Shown here: piece after piece, positions 45,945-53,952 of the stretch | Numbering within the stretch: the stretch's first letter is position 1 | Layout: every line of letters starts with the position of its first letter | From: an uncultured Acidobacteriota bacterium | Lineage (GTDB): Bacteria > Acidobacteriota > Thermoanaerobaculia > UBA5066 > Gp7-AA6 | DNA: 64,000 bases | Direction: 5' to 3' | Assembly: GCA_963823185.1 (NCBI GenBank) | Contig: CAWGKP010000008.1 | Location: forward strand, 677,590-741,589 | Made by a program: the position numbers and the translations under genes | The notes under the pieces: generated by a model | The model's input: only the letters and a program-made list of their open reading frames with translations | What the model was told of the DNA's origin: nothing | The model's database searches: none

Positions 45945-48136
45945 GCCGCTCTCCCGGGAGTCTCGGCGCGACGCCACCAGACGAGAAGACCGAGGAGCGC
46001 GGCGGCCGAGATCGCCGCTCCGGCGTAAACCGAAATCGGGCGATACCGGAACTCCACGCGATGCGAGCCCGCCGGAACGGCCACGGCGCGGAACGAGCCG
46101 TCGGCGAGGAGGATCTCCGCCGGCGCCCCGTCCACGCGCGCCGTCCAGCCCGGATAGGCGAGATCGGTCAGGACGAGCAGGCCGGCGCGATCGGCGGACA
46201 CGTCGGCCGCGATCCGCTCGGGCTCCTCCGCCGAGATGCCGGCCACGACGTACTTTCCGCCGCCCGCCTCGGGCCGCGGCGACGGCTCCCGGGACAGAAA
46301 GACCCGGCGGCCCTCGTCGCCTTCGGAGCTCGCAGCGCGCGCCCACGCGCGGCCGGCGTCCGCCTCGACGCTGTAAACGGACGTGAAAGACACACGCGGG
46401 CGATACGGATTGAGCGGCGCGCGGAAGAAGTCGCCCACCTTGCGCGAGCCGAGCGTCCCGGGGAGAAACGGAGTCCACAGCACGCGGCCGCTCGCGAGCC
46501 CCGCGGGCCGCGACGGGTCCGCGGCGGCGTCCACGGCGTCGGCGATGCGGCGGACGCCCTCGGTTGGCAGAGCGGCCGCCGAGCGCAGCGTGCGGACGCC
46601 CTCGAGAAGATTCGTGTAGCCGATGAGCGCCTCGCGCTGGCGGCGCGCCATCGCGGCGTCGAAGCTCCAGTCGCGCGAGACCCAGGGCGCGAGCGCGGTC
46701 ATCGACGGCGTCAGCGTGCGGCCGGGAAGCTTCGCGAGGAAGTCGATCGAGTCGGGATGCTTCCGGATCTCCTCCTCGGGCACGAACCGGAAGAGCGGGA
46801 GGTTGCCGAGGGCGTAGCCCGTGACGAGGGCGAGCGCGGCGGCCGCCGCGAAGACGGCGCCGACCGCCGGCCGCGACGCGCGGACGAGCGCCAGAAGCGC
46901 CAGCGCTCCCGCTCCCGCCGCGGCGGCGGCGCGAACGGGCATCGGCCGTCCGGGCCACGCGAGCGCCGCGGCGCCGAGCGCCAGACAGACGATCGCGAGG
47001 ATTCCGCGAACGCGCCGCGCGGGGAGAAATCGCAGCGCGTCGAAACCGAGTCCCGTGAGGACCGCGGCCGCGAAGAGCGTCGCCGCGAGCGCCTTCGCCG
47101 GATAGCGGATCCGGTCGAGCCCGGGCAACGCGCGGATCCATGCGCCGGGCGGACCGGCGGAAGCGAGCAGGATCCCGGCGAGGGCAACCGCCGCGAGGAT
47201 CCCGACGAGGCGGCGCCGTTCCCGATCGGCGAGCGCCGCGGCGCACGCCCCGAGCGCGACCGGGCCGAGATAGACCGACGCGAGAAAGAAGCTTCCGGCC
47301 CAGTCGTCCGGCGCGCCGAGGGCCGCGGCGGCCGCGCCCGCGTGCACCGCGCCGACCTCACGCTCGGCAGCCGGGAACGCGGTGCGGCGCTCCGATCGCA
47401 TCGCGAGCTCTCCCAGAGGAACGAGCACCCACGCCGCGAGCGCGAGGCCCGTCAGGATCGCGCCCGCCGCCCGGCGCCGGGTCTGCGCCGCCGTCGTCTC
47501 CCGCCATCCCGTCGCCGGCTCCTCGCGGCGCGCGAAGGCGAAGACGGCCGAGAGGAGGATCGTGAGCGCCGAGAGCTCGGGGCTGCCCGCCATGGCCTGG
47601 AGGCCCACGAGCGCCGCCATCCCCGCGGCCGCGCCGCGCGTCCGCAGCCCGGAGCGCGCGAGCGCCAGGATCCCCGGCAGGTACGCGAAGGCGCCGAAAT
47701 GGTTCCAGTACGCCGACAGCGACGCCGCGGCCCCCGAGCCCGCGAAAACCAGGGCGCCGGCCAGCGCTCCCGCGTCGGTGACGCCCTCCTCCTTGCAGAA
47801 CCGCCACGTGCCCCACGCGGCGATGCCGAAGTGGAGCAAGAGGAACAGGCCCGCCGCGAGCGCCGGTCCCGGCAGGAGGAAGAGCCAGGTCGGCGGATAG
47901 AAGACCCCCGACTGCGCGTTGGCGAGCCAGGGCTCGCCGCAGCCCGAGAGCGGATTCCACAGCGGGATCCGCCCGGCGCGCAGGCGATCGGCCGTATAGA
48001 GCTTCAGGGGGAAGAAGAAGTCCGCCTGGTCGCGGAAGCTCGGCGCCCGTTTCTGGAGGAGCGCCGGCGCGAGCCAGACCGCCGGAGGAATCAGCGCCGC
48101 GGCGGCGAGGACGCCCGAGGCAAACGCGCGGCGCAC
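45941..48136 (-). CDS. YfhO-like polytopic membrane protein (putative GT-C glycosyltransferase), paralog 1
   Basis: 731 aa with many TM helices. N-terminal DQADFFFPLKLYTADRLRAGRIPLWNPLSGCGEPWLANAQSGVFYP resembles the YfhO N-terminal pattern. A large C-terminal non-membrane domain ends in a terminal TM (AAISAAALLGLLVWW). Confidence 0.65.
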   Translation of the reverse strand: MRRAFASGVLAAAALIPPAVWLAPALLQKRAPSFRDQADFFFPLKLYTADRLRAGRIPLWNPLSGCGEPWLANAQSGVFYPPTWLFLLPGPALAAGLFLLLHFGIAAWGTWRFCKEEGVTDAGALAGALVFAGSGAAASLSAYWNHFGAFAYLPGILALARSGLRTRGAAAGMAALVGLQAMAGSPELSALTILLSAVFAFARREEPATGWRETTAAQTRRRAAGAILTGLALAAWVLVPLGELAMRSERRTAFPAAEREVGAVHAGAAAAALGAPDDWAGSFFLASVYLGPVALGACAAALADRERRRLVGILAAVALAGILLASAGPPGAWIRALPGLDRIRYPAKALAATLFAAAVLTGLGFDALRFLPARRVRGILAIVCLALGAAALAWPGRPMPVRAAAAAGAGALALLALVRASRPAVGAVFAAAAALALVTGYALGNLPLFRFVPEEEIRKHPDSIDFLAKLPGRTLTPSMTALAPWVSRDWSFDAAMARRQREALIGYTNLLEGVRTLRSAAALPTEGVRRIADAVDAAADPSRPAGLASGRVLWTPFLPGTLGSRKVGDFFRAPLNPYRPRVSFTSVYSVEADAGRAWARAASSEGDEGRRVFLSREPSPRPEAGGGKYVVAGISAEEPERIAADVSADRAGLLVLTDLAYPGWTARVDGAPAEILLADGSFRAVAVPAGSHRVEFRYRPISVYAGAAISAAALLGLLVWWRRAETPGRAA

Positions 48137-48151
48137 GCGGTCATTGTAAAT

Positions 48152-48570
48152 CGTCGCCTACGCTTGCTCGGGGATCTGCGCCTGACGGCGCTCGTCCTGA
48201 CGCAACGGCGAAACGTCTTTTCCTCGACGCGCCGTCAGGCGCACCAGCTCGCGGCTCGCCCGAAGGGGCTCGACCGCTCGCCTGATCCCCTCGCTGCGCT
48301 CCGGCTCCCGCAGCGCGAGTCGCTTCGCTCGGTGAACTTCGCGAAGCTTGGTCGCGCTGCGAATGACTGTTCCAGCCGGCTCGTACAGTCGTTCGCGGCG
48401 CGAGGAGTCTCCCGAGGTAATCGAGGGAGGAGCCTCGCGCCGCGGGAGCGGAGGCGAAGCGAGGGATCCAGGCGGACGATCGAGGCCCTTTGGCCGAGTC
48501 GTCCGCCGGTGCGCCTGCGCCATTAGCTGGCCGGGTCTCTGAGCCGCGGTCAGGCGCAGGCGCAGGATCC
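48152..48570 (-). repeat. long imperfect-palindrome repeat, copy A (hairpin 1 + ~290-nt hairpin 2)
   Basis: Hairpin 1 arms are gcgcctgacggcgc (48178-48191) and gcgccgtcaggcgc (48229-48242). A long self-complementary segment spans about 48243-48530 and is centred near 48371-48385. It aligns with copy B from cgcttgctcggggatctgcgcc onward. Confidence 0.8.
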
Positions 48571-48589
48571 TAAGCGAACCGCAGCGACG

Positions 48590-48975
48590 GATCGCCTTCG
48601 CTTGCTCGGGGATCTGCGCCGGCGGCTTCGAGAAGACTCAAGAGTTCCCTCGCGACTGACGCCGCCGGCGCACCAGCTCGCGGCTCGCCCAAAGGTGCTC
48701 GACCGCTCGCCTGATCCCCTCGCAGCGCTCCGGCTCCCGCAACGCGAGTCGGTTTGCTCGGTGAACTTCGCAAACCTTGGTCGCGTTGCGAACGACGGTT
48801 CCAGCCGGACCAGTACAGAAGCTCGCGGCGTGCGAAGTCTCCCGAGCGGAAGCGAGGGAGGAGGCGCACGCCGCGGGAGCCGACGCGCAGCGCAGGGTCC
48901 AGGCCGGTGGTCGAGGTCCTTTGACCGAGCCACCGGCCGGTGCGCCGTCAGGCGCAGGACCCGAGCCAGCGTCGG
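48590..48975 (-). repeat. long imperfect-palindrome repeat, copy B
   Basis: It has the same architecture about 437 nt downstream of copy A. Hairpin 1 arms are gcgccggcggc (48616-48626) and gccgccggcgc (48661-48671), which differ from copy A but remain complementary. The core is caccagctcgcggctcgccc-aaag-gtgctcgaccgctcgcctgatcccctcgcagcgctccggctcccgc. Confidence 0.8.
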
Positions 48976-48981
48976 CGACGG

Positions 48982-49464
<483 letters not shown>

Positions 49465-49499
49465 AAAAAAAGCGGCCCCGACATACGCCGGGGCCGCTT
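49465..49499 (-). terminator. intrinsic terminator between the two pilin genes
   Basis: The minus strand reads aagcggccccg-gcgtatgt-cggggccgctt followed by a T-run that abuts the ATG of the distal pilin. Confidence 0.7.
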
Positions 49500-49544
49500 C
49501 CTCGTCGAGTCCCGAACGCTCTCGACTACGCTGGGTCGAGAGAG

Positions 49545-50042
49545 TTACTGCTGGGTACCCTCAGGCCACTGGATGAACGTTCCGTCGGCGTACACGATGT
49601 CGTCGTTGAAGTCGGTCGTCGTGCCGCAAAACAGGCCGCCCGGGGAACCGTCGCGACCGCCGGACTCGATCCGGTAGTCGTTGTTGTTGTTTCCCGTGGC
49701 ATAGCGGAAGAATCGGCCCCAGCCGTCCTGACGCGGAACCTGGGCGATGTAGGTCGGCTGCAGGTTGGTGAACGACGTCAGAGCGAGGTCGCCGCCGGGG
49801 AAGTTCGCCGTGAAGAGACCCGGGTTGCAGTTCCCGGCCGCCGCGTTCGGGTAGTAGTTGTTGTCCACGGCATACGACTCGATCGCCGTGGCGAGCGCGC
49901 GCATGTCGGACATGGACCGCTTCTGCTTGCCGCGCTGCACCGCGTTGAGCAGGTTGGGGATCGCGATCGCGGCCAAGATGCCGATGATCGCGATGACGAT
50001 CAAGAGCTCGATCAGTGTGAAACCAGCTTCCCGCTTCTTCAT
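49545..50042 (-). CDS. prepilin-type N-terminal cleavage/methylation protein, GspG-like pseudopilin/pilin (promoter-proximal paralog)
   Basis: MKKREAG|FTLIELLIVIAIIGILAAIAIPNLLNAVQRGKQKRSM. GGAGG lies 5 nt upstream of the ATG. The C-terminal CGTTTDFNDDIVY.DGTFIQWPEGTQQ is shared with the paralog. Confidence 0.9.
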   Translation of the reverse strand: MKKREAGFTLIELLIVIAIIGILAAIAIPNLLNAVQRGKQKRSMSDMRALATAIESYAVDNNYYPNAAAGNCNPGLFTANFPGGDLALTSFTNLQPTYIAQVPRQDGWGRFFRYATGNNNNDYRIESGGRDGSPGGLFCGTTTDFNDDIVYADGTFIQWPEGTQQ

Positions 50043-50102
50043 TCTGCCTCCTAGTTGTCCCTCTGTTCCCGTTCCTTCCTATTTCGGTCGTAACCATTGT
50101 TC

Positions 50103-50117
50103 GCAAGGGTGAAGCCA
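50103..50117 (-). promoter_or_regulatory. candidate sigma54 (-24/-12) promoter of the pilin genes
   Basis: The minus strand reads TGGCTTCACCCTTGC. GG and GC have the same spacing as in the TGGCAC-N5-TTGC consensus. It lies about 60 nt upstream of the ATG at 50042. Confidence 0.6.
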
Positions 50118-50185
50118 GTTTGGCATGCGGCTAAGTCGCTTATTTTCTATGATTTGATGTTCGAGGGACGAATCGCAACCGCCGC

Positions 50186-50221
50186 GATTTGTCAAATCCC
50201 GCCGACAGACGGTGACAAATC
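50186..50221. promoter_or_regulatory. perfect 9-bp inverted repeat (candidate enhancer-binding-protein site) upstream of the sigma54-type promoter
   Basis: gatttgtca-N18-tgacaaatc, located 70-105 bp upstream of the -24 element. An AT-rich tract (catcaaatcatagaaaataag on the minus strand) lies between them. Confidence 0.5.
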
Positions 50222-50242
50222 TTGACGCCGGGGCCGAGAGCC

Positions 50243-51637
50243 CTATTTCGGAGGATTCACGGCGTAGTCGGCCACCACGTCGGCATACAGCGCCACGCCG
50301 TCGAGGTAGTCCCTGAGGAAGACCCGCTCGTCCTCGCGATGCCGGCGCTGGGAATCGGTGATGTTCATCGGAATCGGCAGGAACCCGTAGGCCGGGATGC
50401 CGCGATTTCGAAACAGGATCGACGTGTTGTAGCCGCCGAAGGTCGGCACGGGCCCGAAGGGAACGCCCGGCGAATGCGCCTCGATCGCCCGGCGCAGGAG
50501 CTCCGTGAACGGCGTCGGGTATGGGCTCGCGGTCGTTGGCCCGGTCGAGTAAGACCAGGCGGACGTGATCCCGGAGCGGGAGGCGTCCTGGAGGATCGGG
50601 TCGAGAAAGGAGCCGGGATCCACGCCCGGAGGCGTCGAGACGATCACGAAGGCGCGGCGCGTTTCCTTCGCGTCCGGCGGCTCGGGCACGACGGGAGTCC
50701 AGAAGATCCGCGCCTCGAGGAACGCGCCGTACCGGTCCGGCAGCGCGGCGAGCTCCGCCGGGTTGCGGCGCACGCGGTCGAGATGGCGCAGCGGATCGGT
50801 CAGCGGGTTGACGAGATGGTTGGCGAGCAAGTCGAAGCCCAGCACGACGTGCGGATGCGGCGCGACCGGAGTCGACGTGAGCTTCTTCCAGCGCCCGACG
50901 AGATCCTCGAGGGGCTTTCCCGTCGCGGCGCGCAAATCGGCCGACGCGAATCCGGCCTGCAGGGTCTCGAGACCCCAGAAGCGGACGTCGCGCAGGATCA
51001 TCTCCGTGGTGCCGCCCTCGTTCAGCACGGCCGCGACGCCCGCGAACCATTCCGGGCGGTTCGCGAGGAGCCAGCCGGAGCCCCAGCGCTGCCCCGTCTC
51101 CTCGTCGGCCTCGCCCAGGAAGAGGATGTCGGTCTCCGGGACGACGCCCAGGCGTTTCAGGGAGACGAGCGCGAGCGCCTGCGCGACGCCGATCGACTTC
51201 ATGTCGTAGGTGCCGCGCCCGATGAGATACCCGCCCTTGATGACGCCCTCGAACGGCGGCCCCTCCGTCCAGTAGCGCGGGTCGGCTTCGGCGACGTCGA
51301 GATGGTTGAGAAGCAGCAACGCACCGTCGCGCCGCCGGCCCGGCAGGCGCGCGAGCACGTTGCATCGTCCCGGGGCGGGACAGACGACTTCGCTCGAAAT
51401 TCCCTCGCAGTCGAAGAGGTGCTGGAAGAAGCGGGCCGCGGGCTCCTCGGGCTTGCCGACGGACGTGTCGATGCGGACGGCGTCCCGCAGGAGACGCACG
51501 GGTTCGAAGGCCAGCCAATCCGCCGGCGTGCGCGTCGTGTCGGCCTCGATGCGGGGGACCTCTTTCCGCGCGCAGGCGCCCGCCGCGATCACCAGCACCG
51601 CGGCCGCCGCCGTCTGGAACCTCCGGAGATTTTTCAT
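50243..51637 (-). CDS. M20 family metallopeptidase/deacylase, exported (possible lipoprotein)
   Basis: MKNLRRFQTAAAAVLVIAAGAC signal, with LLLNHLDV, GRGTYDMKS, EADEETG and NEGG metal-ligand contexts. The ATG at 51637 overlaps the stop of the upstream YfhO-like gene (ATGA). Confidence 0.85.
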   Translation of the reverse strand: MKNLRRFQTAAAAVLVIAAGACARKEVPRIEADTTRTPADWLAFEPVRLLRDAVRIDTSVGKPEEPAARFFQHLFDCEGISSEVVCPAPGRCNVLARLPGRRRDGALLLLNHLDVAEADPRYWTEGPPFEGVIKGGYLIGRGTYDMKSIGVAQALALVSLKRLGVVPETDILFLGEADEETGQRWGSGWLLANRPEWFAGVAAVLNEGGTTEMILRDVRFWGLETLQAGFASADLRAATGKPLEDLVGRWKKLTSTPVAPHPHVVLGFDLLANHLVNPLTDPLRHLDRVRRNPAELAALPDRYGAFLEARIFWTPVVPEPPDAKETRRAFVIVSTPPGVDPGSFLDPILQDASRSGITSAWSYSTGPTTASPYPTPFTELLRRAIEAHSPGVPFGPVPTFGGYNTSILFRNRGIPAYGFLPIPMNITDSQRRHREDERVFLRDYLDGVALYADVVADYAVNPPK

Positions 51638-53952
51638 CGCCGTCGGGATCGAGAAACGAGAAGGGCCACCGCGGCCATTCCCGCGGCGATCGGCCCGAAA
51701 CGCGAGGCGCCGCCGCCCGGCACCCGCTCGCGCCACAGGACGGCGTGCTTCCCCTCGGGCACCGGAACCGCCGTGAACGCGAGGTACGCCGGGACGGTTT
51801 CGACCGGACCCCCGTCCACCGTCACGTCGCGATACGGCCACCAGGCGCGCAGCACGAAGAGCCACGCCGGCCGCTCGGACTCCGTCTCGAGCCGCAGGAG
51901 CTCCGGCGTCCGCTCGACGACGCGCACGCGTCCGGGCCCGCCTTCCCCCGCGCCGCGGCCGCCCGTCTCGATCACGAGATCGCCGACGCCGGCCCGCGTC
52001 AGCGCGGCCGCGGATTCGAGCGGGCCGGCGGTCGCCGTCCAGTGGGAAGCGAACCGGATGTCGGGGAGCGCCGCGTCGTTTCGGTCCCAGCTCTGCGCCG
52101 CGTTGCCGCCAAACGGCGCGAAGCCGGCGACCGGCGGCTGGCTCCGCGGCCGCACGCCGTAACGCAGCGCGAGGTTCGCGAAAAAGGGCCCGCCGTCCGC
52201 CGACGCCGCGGCGACGCCGGAGAGCTTCCGCAGGCTCTCGACCCGCACGAGGTCGCCCGCGTCGAAGTCGTAGTTGAAGACGGTGCCGCGATTCCAGAAG
52301 ACCGCCGTGTCGTAGATCCAGCTGTCGGCGGGCGGCTCGGCGGGGACGGCGCGGGGCGCGGCAAGGGATCCCACGGGCCGTGCGTAGATCGACTCGCCGA
52401 GCGTGCGGAAGGCACCGTGCGGGTCGTCCTTCCGGATTTCGCGCGCGAGCCGCGTCGGCGCGAAGGCCGCCCCCTCGCTCGCGTCCGCCGGGATGCGCCG
52501 CGTGGCCACGACGGGAACGGCCGCCAGGAGGAACACCGCCGCCGCGCGCGTCGCGCGCCCCTCGCGCCGGGCGAGCGCGATTCCGGCGAGCGTCGCGATC
52601 CAGAGGAGCGCCGCCTCGGCGAGTGCGGCCGGAACCTGCGTCGCCGCCGACTCGGGCGCCGGCGCCTGGCCGGCGAGCGCGCGCGCTGCCGCCCGCGTGG
52701 CCGAGGGAGCCAGCGTCCCCGCGGCGGCGAGAAGGGCGAGGAGTCCGGCGACCGCGAGCCCGCGGCGCGGCCCGCGGCCCCGCGCGCGATAGACGTCGAA
52801 GGCGAGCCCCGAGAGGATCGCGAGCGCGAGCGTCGCCGCGAAGGCGAACTTCTCGGGATTCCGCAGCGCGATCGGCGAGGAGGCGGACCCGAGGGCCTTC
52901 GCCGCGAGCCCCGGCAGAATCGCCGCCGCGGCGGAGAGGAGAAACAGCCACCAGGCGAAGCGCACGCCGCGGTCGCGCCGCCGCGCCGTCGTCGCGAGCG
53001 CCATCGGCGCGAGCGCTCCGGCGTAGAGCGTTGCGAAGAGACCCATCGAAGCCGGGGCGAACGCGCCCCAGCCCCAGACGCCGCGCGGGTCGAGGCCCCA
53101 GGTCTCGCCGAACGGATACGGCACGACGAGCTCGAGCGCCCGCCAGGGCGAGACGGAGAAATGCGCGGCCTCGCCGAGCGTCATGCCCAGGACCGCGCGA
53201 TTGGTCTCGGGAATCCACAGCGCCGTCGCCGCGATCTGCGGCAGCGCGGCGAGGACCGCCAGGCCAACCGCCACGGCGAGATCCCTCGCGAGTCGGGACC
53301 GGCCGTCCGCCGCGCCCTCGACCGCGATCCAGAGCCCGAGCGCGGCGAGACCGACGCCGGCCGTGAAGACGTCCGCGGCGAGGAAGTCGAACGCGAGAAG
53401 GATCGCGAGAACGAGCGTGCGCGACGCCGGCCGGCTCCACCGCCGCGCGGCCGCCCAGAGGAGCCACGGGAGGAGCATCAGTCCCGGCTGGATGTGCGGG
53501 TAGAAGACCTCCGACACGGCCACGCCGGAGAACGCGTACGCGGCCGCCGTGATCATCCCCGCCGACGCCGAGGCGCCGATCGCGCGGACGAGGAGCATGG
53601 CGCCGATGCCCGCAAGCGCCCAGTGCAGGACGGGGAAGATCCGCATCGCCGTCGCGAACGGAAGCGCCGAGAGCAGGATGCGCACCGGATAGAGCGCGCC
53701 GGCGTTGGGGTTGGGCAGCAGCGGCCGCCCGCCCGAGATCTCCGGCGACCAGACCGGAAGGCGGCCGCGCGCGTAGGCGTCGTGGATCGACTTCTCGAGC
53801 GGCAGGTTGTACGCGAGGAGGTCGCGCCCGACGAAGACGCCGCGCGAGAAGAGCGTGCCGCCGTAGACGGCGATCACGAAGACGGCAAAGAGAAACGCCG
53901 GCAGGAGCGCCCCGTGGCGGCGGCCTTCGGCCTTCTCGTTCTCGCGCGTCAC
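51634..53952 (-). CDS. YfhO-like polytopic membrane protein (putative GT-C glycosyltransferase), paralog 2
   Basis: The GTG at 53952 overlaps the paralog 3 stop (GTGA). N-terminal FVGRDLLAYNLPLEKSIHDAYARGRLPVWSPEISGGRPLLPNPNAGALYP, many TMs, a large C-terminal domain and a terminal TM. Track ORF 51634..56319 is over-extended. Confidence 0.65.
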   Translation of the reverse strand: MTRENEKAEGRRHGALLPAFLFAVFVIAVYGGTLFSRGVFVGRDLLAYNLPLEKSIHDAYARGRLPVWSPEISGGRPLLPNPNAGALYPVRILLSALPFATAMRIFPVLHWALAGIGAMLLVRAIGASASAGMITAAAYAFSGVAVSEVFYPHIQPGLMLLPWLLWAAARRWSRPASRTLVLAILLAFDFLAADVFTAGVGLAALGLWIAVEGAADGRSRLARDLAVAVGLAVLAALPQIAATALWIPETNRAVLGMTLGEAAHFSVSPWRALELVVPYPFGETWGLDPRGVWGWGAFAPASMGLFATLYAGALAPMALATTARRRDRGVRFAWWLFLLSAAAAILPGLAAKALGSASSPIALRNPEKFAFAATLALAILSGLAFDVYRARGRGPRRGLAVAGLLALLAAAGTLAPSATRAAARALAGQAPAPESAATQVPAALAEAALLWIATLAGIALARREGRATRAAAVFLLAAVPVVATRRIPADASEGAAFAPTRLAREIRKDDPHGAFRTLGESIYARPVGSLAAPRAVPAEPPADSWIYDTAVFWNRGTVFNYDFDAGDLVRVESLRKLSGVAAASADGGPFFANLALRYGVRPRSQPPVAGFAPFGGNAAQSWDRNDAALPDIRFASHWTATAGPLESAAALTRAGVGDLVIETGGRGAGEGGPGRVRVVERTPELLRLETESERPAWLFVLRAWWPYRDVTVDGGPVETVPAYLAFTAVPVPEGKHAVLWRERVPGGGASRFGPIAAGMAAVALLVSRSRRR

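Noticed and set aside
48152-48975. Possible CRISPR array or IS/transposon in the 845-bp repeat-containing gap.
   Set aside because: There are only two units of about 430 bp, with no short direct repeats alternating with unique spacers. There are no cas genes, no transposase and no obvious terminal inverted repeats with target duplications. I therefore reported it as an unclassified palindromic repeat.
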